From the NCBI GenBank assembly GCA_963703285.1, contig OY969807.1, positions 352,001 through 416,000 of the forward strand: a stretch of 64,000 bases of DNA, in the 5' to 3' direction. Below the pieces are notes generated by a model. The model made no database searches. It worked only from the letters and a program-made list of their open reading frames with translations, and had not been told where the DNA came from. Origin of the DNA: an uncultured Nitrososphaerota archaeon (GTDB taxonomy: Archaea; Thermoproteota; Nitrososphaeria; Nitrososphaerales; Gagatemarchaeaceae). A program made the translations under genes and the position numbers. Below, piece after piece: positions 37,224-46,530 of this stretch (the stretch's first letter is position 1; each line of letters begins with the position of its first letter).

Positions 37224-37345
37224 ACCGAGGCGTCGTTACAGCAACATTTGTGGGTTTTAATTAACCAATTAGTGCAGATTTAGTAAAATGCTTAATCCGC
37301 GAAAAGGCCTCAATCGCGCCCCAGACGCGCGTTTGGCGGCATGCC

Positions 37346-38083
37346 TTACTCAAGACCACGGTCTGTGATCTTCAGCGTCACACCCGCTCGTCCCGACCCC
37401 TCGTCCGCCTCCGCCCAGATGCTCGTCCCGCGACGGCTCAGGTGGATGGCCCTCTGTACGAAGTGCCTGAGTGTCTCTCCTCCGATGTCGACCTCCCTGG
37501 ACGCTTCCCCGGTACCAGTCGAGGCCACCCGGTTGAGGAGAAGGACTGCCCTGTCGTTGGAGTAGGCGTCCCGGGCCAATCTGTTCAGGTAGGCTCCGAG
37601 AGCGGCCTGCCTCGTGGGAACGAGCCTCGCTCCGGGGAACTCGAGGGTGAAGTTCTTCGTGACCGTGTCCACGACGACCATCCTGCAGCCCTCCAGCTCT
37701 TCACCGAACCTCGGGATGGCTTCGAGCTGCTTCCGGGTGTCCTCTGCCCTGAAGCAGTACACCAACGGCAGAATCTTCTCGGGGTCGAGACCTCTGTTCA
37801 GGCACATCGACTGGATCCTCTCCGGTCTGAACTGTCCTTCCGTGTCGACGTAGGCGCTCGTGAAACCCTCTGCCGCCGCCAAGAGCGCCGACTGCAGGCC
37901 GAGCTGCGTCTTGGCCGTCGCGCTCTCCCCGTAGACCTCCACCATCTGGCCAGTCCTGAAGCCGGATTCCAGCAGCTCGTCCAGGGTGACGGAGCCCGAC
38001 GAAAGGCCGAGGCGTGAACTATCCCTGTCGAGAGCAGCCCTGAGGGTACGCGTCAATGACCGGTCACCCGAGAGGCTCGCCAA
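37346..38083 (-). CDS. RadA paralogue (RadB/aRadC-like ATPase; start uncertain)
   Basis: EVYGESATAKTQ degenerate Walker A, YVDTEGQFRPERI, VVVD Walker B; lacks the N-terminal HhH. Confidence 0.85.
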   Translation of the reverse strand: MASLSGDRSLTRTLRAALDRDSSRLGLSSGSVTLDELLESGFRTGQMVEVYGESATAKTQLGLQSALLAAAEGFTSAYVDTEGQFRPERIQSMCLNRGLDPEKILPLVYCFRAEDTRKQLEAIPRFGEELEGCRMVVVDTVTKNFTLEFPGARLVPTRQAALGAYLNRLARDAYSNDRAVLLLNRVASTGTGEASREVDIGGETLRHFVQRAIHLSRRGTSIWAEADEGSGRAGVTLKITDRGLE

Positions 38084-38249
38084 CCCGCTCTTCGGCGCTC
38101 TGGTGACGTCGATGTTTGAATAAGGCTTCTGAATCCCGTCCCGCTGCCTTCTTACCTCACTCACCAGATTCCCCTTGCTACTATTATCCTGCGGTTCGTC
38201 ATAATCGGCGAGGATACGTTTTTATTCGAATCAAAACGAGCACGAAAAA

Positions 38250-38501
38250 GTGAACTCCTCAACACCCCAGCCCTCCAAGAAACCGTTGAGTGTTCTTCAG
38301 AAGTCCATCAGCAAGTCCGCCTCGGTGCGGCTCAAGAACGAGATAGAATACCGGGGCAAGGTCTCCAACGTCGACCCCTACATGAACGTGATACTCACCG
38401 ACGCGGAAGAGTACGAGAACGGAAAGCTGTCCGCAAACTATGGCAAGGTCGTGATACGGGGCAACAACGTCCTGTACATCAAGCTAGAAGCTTCGCTCTG
38501 A
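38250..38501 (+). CDS. Sm-like (LSm/SmAP) RNA-binding protein
   Basis: VRLKN..EYRG....VDPYMNVIL.DAEE, VVIRGNNV. Confidence 0.93.
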   Translation: MNSSTPQPSKKPLSVLQKSISKSASVRLKNEIEYRGKVSNVDPYMNVILTDAEEYENGKLSANYGKVVIRGNNVLYIKLEASL

Positions 38502-38513
38502 GGGAAGATACCC

Positions 38514-39722
38514 TTGCAAAGAAACCTACACGTGGAACCAATTCCAGCCTGCGTCTCGGACGCGGAGGTCGAGATAGTCGAGCGCAAGGGGATAGGGCAC
38601 CCCGACAGCATAATCGACGGGTCGTGCGAAGCCGTCTCCATAGCGCTCTCAAAGTACTACCTCGAGAACTTCGGTGTCATCTTCCACCACAACGTGGACA
38701 AAGGACTGCTGGTGGGCGGCAAGTCGGACGCTCACTTCGGAGGGGGACGGGTCATCGACCCCATCTACATCCTCGTTGCGGGGCGCGCCACCGACGTGGT
38801 GCCGTTCAAGGGGAGGGATCAGAAGATTCCGGTCGAAGAGATCTCGCGGGAGGCGATAGCCGACTACATCAGGGCGACGATGCGTTACCTCGACCCCGTG
38901 AAGCACGTCCGTCTCGAGACGATGATCAGACAGGGGTCCCCCGACCTCATCTCGGTCTTCCTGCGGAAGAAGGAGATGCCCGTGGCGAACGACACCTCGG
39001 TCGGCGTTGGTTTCGCCCCGCTCTCTCCCACGGAGAGGGCCGTCTTCGACATCGAGCAGCTCCTCAACTCCCACAAGTTCAAGAGGAAGTTTCCCGAGGT
39101 CGGCGAAGACGTCAAGGTCATGGGGCTGAGGGTGAAGGACAAGCTGACGGTCACGGTGGCGGCGGCCATGGTGAGCGGGAAGATCCCGGACGCGAGCCAC
39201 TACGAGAGCGTCATCGGAGATGTGAAGAGCCACGTCGAGGACCTCCTCGCAAAGGGGCCGCTCGATTCGAACCTCAGGCTCAACAGCGGGGACGACCCGA
39301 AGAGGGGAAGTTACTATCTCACGGTCACGGGGACGTCGGCCGAGCAGGGTGACGACGGGAACACCGGGCGGGGCAACAGGGTCAACGGCCTGATATCACC
39401 CATGCGCCAGTACTCGATGGAGGCGACCGCCGGGAAGAACCCGGTCAATCACACGGGAAAGCTCTTCAACGCCGTAGCGCTACTCGCGGCTGAGAGGATA
39501 ACCAGAGAGGTCAAGGGCGTGAGGGAGGCGTACGTGAGGATTCTCAGCAGGATCGGAAACCCGATAGACCAGCCCCTCATCGCAAGCGCTGCAGTGGTCC
39601 TCTCCGCCGGCACTTCCTTCGCCCGGGTGAAGCCCGAGGTCGAGTCGGTGCTCGACGAGTCCCTCGCAGGGATACGGAGCGTCACGGACCTGATTCTCGA
39701 GTCGAAGATCGTGCTGTTCTGA
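38514..39722 (+). CDS. mat: Archaeal S-adenosylmethionine synthetase
   Basis: EIVERKGIGHPD, HHNVDK, ANDTS, GEDVKVMG, GRGNR, AGKNPV.H.GK. Confidence 0.96.
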   Translation: MQRNLHVEPIPACVSDAEVEIVERKGIGHPDSIIDGSCEAVSIALSKYYLENFGVIFHHNVDKGLLVGGKSDAHFGGGRVIDPIYILVAGRATDVVPFKGRDQKIPVEEISREAIADYIRATMRYLDPVKHVRLETMIRQGSPDLISVFLRKKEMPVANDTSVGVGFAPLSPTERAVFDIEQLLNSHKFKRKFPEVGEDVKVMGLRVKDKLTVTVAAAMVSGKIPDASHYESVIGDVKSHVEDLLAKGPLDSNLRLNSGDDPKRGSYYLTVTGTSAEQGDDGNTGRGNRVNGLISPMRQYSMEATAGKNPVNHTGKLFNAVALLAAERITREVKGVREAYVRILSRIGNPIDQPLIASAAVVLSAGTSFARVKPEVESVLDESLAGIRSVTDLILESKIVLF

Positions 39723-40608
39723 TCTCTGGGAGCTCCCCCCGCCCTTCGACGTACTCGAGGGCGCTCTGCCTATCGGCCTGGAGGCCGTACGCCCTCGCGA
39801 AGAACCTCAGCACGGTGAAGACGTCCCTCCTGAGGAGCTCGGTCGCGTTCGGGTGCTCGGGCCCGACCCACTGCGGCCAGTCGATGAGCCAGGCCCTCCT
39901 GCCGTCGGTGAGTATGTTGTACTCGCTCAGGTCGCCGTTTATCATCTTCGCCGAGACGTAGGCCTCCCTCGCGGTCCCGAGGATGGATGAGAGGACGGCC
40001 ACGGAGTCCTCGAGGTCGGGCCTCTGAGAGAGCCTGACCCCCGGGAGCTCCTGCAGCAGTATCGTGTGCCTGTTCTGGTCGATGGGCATGGGGACGTTCT
40101 CTGTGAGCTTCCTCATCCTCGACAGCGCCGCGAACTCGTGTCTCGCTGCGTTGTAGTTGCTCGTCACCCAGGTGTTGGACTCGAGCTTGCTCCTCGACCT
40201 CTTCCTCTTGACGTCGCGGAAACTAGTCCTCCCGAGCCTGAAGAGCTTGAGGGCGTAGAGATCGCTCCTCGGGGAGAGCACCTCGTAGACGTCCGACTCC
40301 TTCCCCTTGGCGATCAGCTTGCCCAGCGCCAGAGCGTAATCCTCGTCGGCGTAGTGCTTTAGCGCGAGGAGGTCCAGCGCGGAGGTGTAGACGACGAAGT
40401 TCTCGCCTGCGAACCCGATCAGCTTCCTCCTGTTGAGCTCATCCAGGGCGAACCTAACCCTCTCGGCGGGCTGGCCGCTCATCCTGACGACCGCGTCGAA
40501 GTTTGTGCTCCTGCCCCCTATCATGCACTTCTCGAGCCCCCTGAGGGCGTGCCACTCCTCGTCCTTCAGTTGCTTGATTAGTCCGGCGGCGACGTCAACT
40601 GTCGACAG
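39682..40608 (-). CDS. rio2: RIO2-type serine/threonine kinase (probable CTG start at 40608)
   Basis: N-terminal wHTH, GKESDVY, RLGRTSFR, NGDLSEYNI, IDWPQ. Confidence 0.9.
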   Translation of the reverse strand: MSTVDVAAGLIKQLKDEEWHALRGLEKCMIGGRSTNFDAVVRMSGQPAERVRFALDELNRRKLIGFAGENFVVYTSALDLLALKHYADEDYALALGKLIAKGKESDVYEVLSPRSDLYALKLFRLGRTSFRDVKRKRSRSKLESNTWVTSNYNAARHEFAALSRMRKLTENVPMPIDQNRHTILLQELPGVRLSQRPDLEDSVAVLSSILGTAREAYVSAKMINGDLSEYNILTDGRRAWLIDWPQWVGPEHPNATELLRRDVFTVLRFFARAYGLQADRQSALEYVEGRGELPEIRTARSSTRESGP

Positions 40609-41209
40609 GCGAGATCAACGCTCCCGCCTTGGACTCCTTGGGTTCTTGAAGGTTTGACTTGAACCCGAGCCTTCTGAAAGCCGGCGCAGCCGCGTAGACG
40701 ATGCCGAACGCCACGGGTATCCAAACCAGGTCGATGAGTGTGCCAAAATCGAAGGCCGCGAGCCCGAGCGCGGACGAGCCGCTCGCCACCGAATACTGGA
40801 ATAGGCCGTAGGCGTAGAAGAGCCAGTCTGGGAAGAAGAACGCCAGCGTCTCGAAGGCAGTAGCAATCACCATCGAAACGGCCAGCCACTTCCTGCCCTT
40901 CCTGGCTCCCCAAATCACGATGAAGACCTCAGGTCCCCGCGCCCATACCATCCCGAACGGGTAGATGGGCGACCCCCCTGCCTTGTACGCGACATTGATT
41001 GCCTCGCCTATGAATCCGCCGATGGCCGTCGCCGAGAAGGCAGTATAGCCATCGGTGAGCACCGCCAGAGCAAGGTAGATGGCCGGCGACCAGGTTATCT
41101 CGTAGAGCGGGGGCGGGGCTGGGAAAGAGAGGAGGGTTCCGAGGGCGATGATCGACGCGAAGACACTCGTGACCGCAATCCTAACGTTGAGGGGCGGTTT
41201 CCTGTCCAT
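40595..41209 (-). CDS. ECF transporter S-component (possibly thiamine/precursor)
   Basis: Hydrophobic ~6 TM with an S-component-like N-terminus; divergent from the ThiN-domain regulator. Confidence 0.6.
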   Translation of the reverse strand: MDRKPPLNVRIAVTSVFASIIALGTLLSFPAPPPLYEITWSPAIYLALAVLTDGYTAFSATAIGGFIGEAINVAYKAGGSPIYPFGMVWARGPEVFIVIWGARKGRKWLAVSMVIATAFETLAFFFPDWLFYAYGLFQYSVASGSSALGLAAFDFGTLIDLVWIPVAFGIVYAAAPAFRRLGFKSNLQEPKESKAGALISPVDS

Positions 41210-41250
41210 CGTTTGGGCAGCGCCAGCGAGGCTTATAAACGGCTTCACAA

Positions 41251-42195
41251 GTGACTTGTGGCATGCACCCGCCCTGTGAGATGATGGTTGATTCCTTTCT
41301 GCCAGCGATGAGGGAGGCCGTAGCCGCGCGCCTCGCGGAAGAGGGGCTGTCTCAGGGTAAGATAGCGGGCCTGCTGGGCGTCACCCAGGCGTCGGTGAGC
41401 CTCTACCTCAAATCGAGGGGGAGGTCGGCGGAGCTGCTGCGCGGTTTGGGGGTCCCTGAAGAGGAGGGTCGGATGTATTCTTCTCTCCTCGCGGAGGACT
41501 TGAAGAAGAACCCGGTCTACGCTGTCAGCACTCTCTACTCTCTTTGGTCAGACATCCTAGGGAGGGGCTCCATGTGCGCTCCGCACCGCTCCCTCTACCC
41601 GGGGCTCGCGGAGTGCGACGTTTGCATCAAGGCCTTCGGTGGCAGAGAGAGTCCCTCAGGTGAGGCGGTTGAACATGTGGCACAGGCTGTCAAGATGGTT
41701 GAGAGTTCGCCGGAGTTTGTGGGGATCATGCCTGAGGTCTCGGTCAACATCGCCTACGCCCCGGAGGGAGCCTTATCGGTTCAGGACGTCGTGGCCGTCC
41801 CGGGGAGAATTGTCAAGGTCAGGGGGAGGGCCCGGTCGTTCATGCGACCCGAGTACGGCGCATCCACCCACGTCGCCAACGTGCTTCTCGCGGCGATGTC
41901 TCACGATGCATCCATCAGAGCCTCGATGAACGTCCGGTACGATGAGAAGATGCGTCGGGCCTTGACTAGGCTGAAGGTACATCCGTTGCTGCTGGAGGCG
42001 AGCGCAGCGAAGACGGACTCGGAGATGATTCGCTCTCTCAGACTTGCCCTCAGGCGCGCTGCGAAGCCGGTCGAAGCGGTCATCGATCCTGGAGGTCCAG
42101 GCCTAGAACCGGCTCTCTACCTCTTTGCGGAGGACGCGGTCGAAGTGGTCAGGCTGGGCCTCAAGGTCGCACGCGCCTGCTTCGCAGAACACTAG
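41251..42195 (+). CDS. HTH-ThiN fusion, ThiR-like thiamine regulator
   Basis: HPPCE...SQGKIAGLLGVTQASVSLY HTH; MPEVSVNIAY, VPGRIV, PEYGASTHVA ThiN domain. Confidence 0.85.
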   Translation: MTCGMHPPCEMMVDSFLPAMREAVAARLAEEGLSQGKIAGLLGVTQASVSLYLKSRGRSAELLRGLGVPEEEGRMYSSLLAEDLKKNPVYAVSTLYSLWSDILGRGSMCAPHRSLYPGLAECDVCIKAFGGRESPSGEAVEHVAQAVKMVESSPEFVGIMPEVSVNIAYAPEGALSVQDVVAVPGRIVKVRGRARSFMRPEYGASTHVANVLLAAMSHDASIRASMNVRYDEKMRRALTRLKVHPLLLEASAAKTDSEMIRSLRLALRRAAKPVEAVIDPGGPGLEPALYLFAEDAVEVVRLGLKVARACFAEH

Positions 42196-42297
42196 GATTT
42201 CGCCTCGTGCGAACGCGTGTTCTTGTTTCTGGCTTCCTCGCGAGCCGCGCATAGCTCCTGCAAGAGGAGTGACAAGATAGAACGATTTGTTTCTCGC

Positions 42298-42921
42298 TCA
42301 ATCAGCCGTTTTCTGTCTAGCGACTCTAGCCCTGCTCTTCTTATCTCTCATGATCCTGGCCTCGATGATGCCTTCGGTGATTCTGCTGTAGGTTATTCTG
42401 TATGGATACTGTGACAACAGACCTTTGAGGAATTGCTCTGCGCATTCTGTCGCCTCAAGAGAGGGACCCGCCCCCAAGATGCGAATGGATATGACCATTT
42501 TATCGGTAGTCGCACTGACCGGCTCAAACTCAACCCTCTTGACCGGGAGATATCCCTGCAGGTCAAAAAGTCTCGGAATCAAGTCTTCGAAATCAGGAAA
42601 GCGCAGCTTCAGGTAGGAGCCAATCTTCGCACCTTCATCATACATCGCCTCCAGCAGCCACTTGCTGTCCACTGAATACATCCTCTTCACTATCTTCTCT
42701 ATCAGAACGCCTGGAACTGGCAAAGAGTCAGTGTCTTTCAGGATCCGGCCGAAGTCCCAAGATGAGTATATCTCCTTGGTGGACCCCCCATCGTCACATA
42801 TCTTCAGGACATCCGCGAGGGACTCGTTTGCGAGCCCGTACAGAGTCTTGTTCTGCTTCTCCGCTTCCCTCGCAAGGGAATCGGCGACTGCTTGATCGAC
42901 GGCGATGCTCGTCCTGGCCAT
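42298..42921 (-). CDS. Ribbon-helix-helix protein with a C-terminal ligand-binding-like domain
   Basis: RTSIAVD...LAREAEKQNKTLYGLANESL RHH pattern; lower GC. Confidence 0.6.
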   Translation of the reverse strand: MARTSIAVDQAVADSLAREAEKQNKTLYGLANESLADVLKICDDGGSTKEIYSSWDFGRILKDTDSLPVPGVLIEKIVKRMYSVDSKWLLEAMYDEGAKIGSYLKLRFPDFEDLIPRLFDLQGYLPVKRVEFEPVSATTDKMVISIRILGAGPSLEATECAEQFLKGLLSQYPYRITYSRITEGIIEARIMRDKKSRARVARQKTAD

Positions 42922-43250
42922 TGTTCAGTTGTCACCGCTCCCTTAGATAAGGCTAGGAGGGGCAACACCCTTTACGCCAGCTGGGAACTCACTTAGGTGG
43001 CGCGCGCCTACCTAGTGGAGCACTAGGGCAGAACGCGAGGATTCAGCTCCTGCTTCAGCCCCTCTCCAGAAGTCAGACGACCATCGGAATCTCCGCGTCC
43101 CTGCTCTGCATCATCCCGAGCGGATAGATTGGCGACTGGCGACCCCCGAGTGTCGAGCCTGTACGCATAACGAGGTGATCGGTATCTCACAACTGAACCT
43201 GTTCGGGAGAATGTGTATATATGTCTACGAGGACAAGGTTTTGGTTACGA

Positions 43251-45230
43251 ATGTCAACAGGGCAAAACGGCAGCGTGAGCGGTAAGATTACGAGGCGAGG
43301 CTTTGTCAAGGGGGCGACCGCGATAGGAGCGGGGGCCGCGGCCCTGTCCCTGATCAGACCGACCCTGGCCGAGACTCAGACGAACGAAAAAGTGGCGAAG
43401 AGGAGGTCCAGGACCCCGGCCAAGATGCTCCCGGCGAGGACCCAACCTACGGTAATTCCAGCCGATACGGGTGCACGGGCGCTCGTCGAGGCGACGACGG
43501 CGCTGGGACTGAACTATTGGCTGCTGAATCCAGGTACCGACTGGCCAGCCCTTATCGATGCTATGGCCGGGATGATCGGATCCGGGGAATCACCAGCCCC
43601 CAGAGTGATGCCTGTACCACACGAAAATGTCGCTACCGAGATGGCTGGAGGATACGCAATCGTGAGCGGCAAGCCAGCGATCATTGGGTACCACGTGATC
43701 GTCGGTCCGGCGAACGCTCTTGCGCACATCGAGAACCTCTTCACCGCACAGATACCCGCGATCATAATCGACGGAAAGAGGTCCTGGACGGAGACGGGCT
43801 ACCTGCTCTCCGACCAGGGGCCGCAGGGCCAGGACACCTACGACCAGGGGGGCCTACTCAGACCCTTCGTGAAGTACGACTACGAGTTCAAGACCATAGA
43901 TCAGATTCCTGAGGTCTTGGCCAGGGCCACGCAGATTGCGATGACCGATCCCAAGGGACCGGTCTACCTGATGCTCCCCTGCGAACTGGGCGCGATGCCT
44001 ACCACGAGCGTGACGATTCAGCCGCAGGAGCTCTTCACTCCGTCCGCCCCGGCCGCCCCGGACCCTGTCTGCATAGGCCAGGCAGCGGAGCTTCTCGCGA
44101 ACGCCCAGAACCCGGTCATATTCACCGGAGGTGGTACGACCGGTCCAGGCATCGGAAGGATCCCCGCCGCCGTTCCTCTTCTGGTCGAGCTCGCAGAGCA
44201 GCTTGCGATTCCCGTGAGCCCCGCTCTGGGAGCGTACCTCAACTTCCCCACCAACCATCCGATGGCAACGACGATACCGCTCTCTAAGGCTGACGTCATA
44301 ATGTACATCGACGCTCCCGCACCGTGGAGCACGGCGTCAGCGGGGATAGTCCCGAACGCAAGTGCAAAGTACATCTCCGTGGCGAGCGAGCCTCTCTTCG
44401 TCGACTCGTACCCCTTCGATGCCTTCTACCCCGCAGACGTGCGCATAACAGCGCGTCCTGACCTGGCCCTCAGTGCCATCCTTCAGCAGACCACCGACAT
44501 CCTGAGCACGAGCCCCAGCCTTCAGTCCTCGATACAGGAGAGGTACGCGACGTTAGCCGCCGCTTCCGCCAAGGCCGCGCAGACCGCCATCGCAACCGCC
44601 CAGGGTTACTCGAACACGACGCCGATCAACGACAGCTGGTTCGGATACTGCGTAAGCCAAATCATCGATTCCAACACCATCTATGTGAATGAGATAGGCC
44701 CCCCGACATCGACCTTCGCGTTGACGCAACCCGGCACCTACATGGGGAACATGCCTTCCGCAACGCTGGGTGCAGGACTTGGGCAGGCCCTGGGGGCGAA
44801 GCTCGCATCGCCTCAGAGCACAGTCATCGCAGCAGTGGGCGACGGCAGCTACATGTACGGCGTTCCGGGGGTTGCCTTCTTCGCCGCAGCGAAGCACAAC
44901 CTGCCGTTCCTAGCCCTGGTTGATGCCAACACCTGCTGGCGCGCCGTGAAGTCGGCCCTCCTGAGCGCGTACCCCAAGGGCCATGCGGTCACCTATGGAT
45001 TGAGTGACCTGGGGACCGACCTCTATCTGGGTCCGCTTGGGTCGGGTGCGGCCGGCACCACAGCATCGCCCCCGCCCCACTACGAGATGGAGTGCGAGGC
45101 CTCCGGAGGCTACGGCGAGATGGTGACGGACCCCACCGTGCTTCCCGCGGCGCTCCAGAGGGGACTCACCGCAGTCAAGAACGGCCAAGCAGCGTGCCTC
45201 AACGTAGTCACGTCTCATCCTGGTCCGTAG
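43251..45230 (+). CDS. Thiamine diphosphate-dependent enzyme (ALS/BFD-like) with twin-arginine signal peptide
   Basis: ITRRGFVK Tat motif plus h-region; PHENVA catalytic Glu; PKGPVYL; GDGSYMYG...N ThDP motif. Confidence 0.88.
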   Translation: MSTGQNGSVSGKITRRGFVKGATAIGAGAAALSLIRPTLAETQTNEKVAKRRSRTPAKMLPARTQPTVIPADTGARALVEATTALGLNYWLLNPGTDWPALIDAMAGMIGSGESPAPRVMPVPHENVATEMAGGYAIVSGKPAIIGYHVIVGPANALAHIENLFTAQIPAIIIDGKRSWTETGYLLSDQGPQGQDTYDQGGLLRPFVKYDYEFKTIDQIPEVLARATQIAMTDPKGPVYLMLPCELGAMPTTSVTIQPQELFTPSAPAAPDPVCIGQAAELLANAQNPVIFTGGGTTGPGIGRIPAAVPLLVELAEQLAIPVSPALGAYLNFPTNHPMATTIPLSKADVIMYIDAPAPWSTASAGIVPNASAKYISVASEPLFVDSYPFDAFYPADVRITARPDLALSAILQQTTDILSTSPSLQSSIQERYATLAAASAKAAQTAIATAQGYSNTTPINDSWFGYCVSQIIDSNTIYVNEIGPPTSTFALTQPGTYMGNMPSATLGAGLGQALGAKLASPQSTVIAAVGDGSYMYGVPGVAFFAAAKHNLPFLALVDANTCWRAVKSALLSAYPKGHAVTYGLSDLGTDLYLGPLGSGAAGTTASPPPHYEMECEASGGYGEMVTDPTVLPAALQRGLTAVKNGQAACLNVVTSHPGP

Positions 45231-45238
45231 AGGCGTTC

Positions 45239-45273
45239 AAAGGAGAGCGACCGCGATACGGTCGCCTTCCTTT
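45239..45273 (+). terminator. Stem-loop downstream of the ThDP enzyme gene
   Basis: GCGACCG-CGATA-CGGTCGC with extended AAAGG/CCTTT pairing, followed by a pyrimidine-rich tract. Confidence 0.5.
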
Positions 45274-45642
45274 CCCTCCCGTGTTTTGATTCTCCTCCTA
45301 GGCTGCCATAGCAGAAATGGAGGGCGATGGCACGCACGATGTCTTCCTGCCTGCCAAGATGAGCGGCCACGCTTGGCGCTTCAAGTCTAGAGAGGCTGCT
45401 GGAGTGGCTCGCTTTCTTTGCTAGTAGTGGTGGAGGATGAGGCGTCGCGGAAGACGGAACGTCCGGCGAGACCCAACCGATATCCTCGATACAGCGCTGG
45501 TCTTTGCGCTCCTGCTTCGTCTCCGGTACTTGTCGGGTCGCTCGGAACTCGCCAGTCCCCGACCTTCGGTTGTTTGCGGGGTCGCGGCAGCGTCGAAGGC
45601 CAAGGCGGTAAGAACACCTCGCGCTAGTGTTCAATGGGTTCC

Positions 45643-45918
45643 TTAAGGTTCGACTGGAACCCGAGCCTCCTGAAGGCTGGCCCGGCGGCGTAGATGATGG
45701 CGAACGCTACTGCTCTCGAGAGAGAATTCCTCAAGCGGGGTGTTTGCGAAGCCAATATTGTCGGTGGAAAGTCTGACAGCGGTGTAATTGACGCCGACGA
45801 CCAACGCCTTTGTGGTGATTCGTCTCGTATTCTTCCCCAGTCTCTTCAGCACGTCCGACAAGGTGTCCTTCAGTGACCGACGCCGTAGACAACTCCGCTT
45901 CAATCTGCCCTGGCGCAA
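45643..45918 (-). pseudogene. Truncated DUF4213/DUF364-like fragment
   Basis: LVVGVNYTAVRLS...IGFANT resembles the DUF364 N-terminal domain and stops early. Confidence 0.45.
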
Positions 45919-46039
45919 ACTTGGGCCGCTTCATCCCGTCGAAGAACTTGGTCCTGCTCTCTCAGGATTCCTGACTTGAGAACGCTTCGACGACTCGGGA
46001 CTTAATTCGTTCCGTTCCGAACCGCCGCCCACGGACGCT

Positions 46040-46459
46040 CTATTGAGTCTTGGTAAGTGTCTCGCGTGTGAACCTGCCGTCCGCCCTCACCCGCGGCAGC
46101 CGCTCCAGCCTCGTAGCGTACCATCCGACCTGCTCCGCCGGCCTCGAGTCGAACTCCGGGACGTAGGGCTTGATGTCCAAAAGGGGAGTCCCCTCGACGA
46201 CGTCCAGATCCTGCACATAGAGCCGCCCACCGCGGACGCTCCTGAGCGTCACCACCGAGATGCCGATTGGGTTGGGCCTCACCGGAGCCCTGGTCGAGAA
46301 TATCCCGTACTGCTTCACGTCCAAGAAAGGCCGGTTCCTGATGGTCACTTCGGTCACACCTGCCGCCTTGGCTATGTCCCGGGCGGGGAAGTATATGCGC
46401 TCCTTCATCCTCTTGTCTGGCGCTGGAGAACGCGGCTCTGGCATCCATGGCGACTTCAC
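46040..46459 (-). pseudogene. Chimeric relic: TFB C-terminal fragment fused to a TsaA/TrmO C-terminal half
   Basis: DIAKAAGVTEVTIRNR followed directly by GIFSTRAPVRPNPIG...LDVVEGTPLLDIKPY. Confidence 0.65.
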
Positions 46460-46530
46460 TTGTTTGCCTGCAACGACGCCAAGGTGGCGCAGTTCGGCCT
46501 GAGGGTCGCCGATGCCTGCTCTGGGGAGCC

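Larger units (their letters stand above)
32141..37260. mobile_element. Lower-GC accessory island of mostly decayed genes (no integrase seen; boundaries approximate)
   Basis: Abrupt compositional shift, orphan ORFs, HNH gene, frameshifted/stop-interrupted ORFs; related AT-rich motifs at both edges. Confidence 0.65.

Noticed and set aside
42994-43027. Overlapping hairpins (TAGGT-GGCGCGCGCC-TACCTA; CCTAGTG-GAG-CACTAGG)
   Set aside because: Short, and expected by chance at this GC content; no supporting context.
43195-43215. GAACCTGTTCGGGAGAATG resembling part of a TPP riboswitch upstream of the ThDP enzyme
   Set aside because: It lacks the upstream CTGAGA element and the closing helix, and lies upstream of the likely TATA box (43216-43221).
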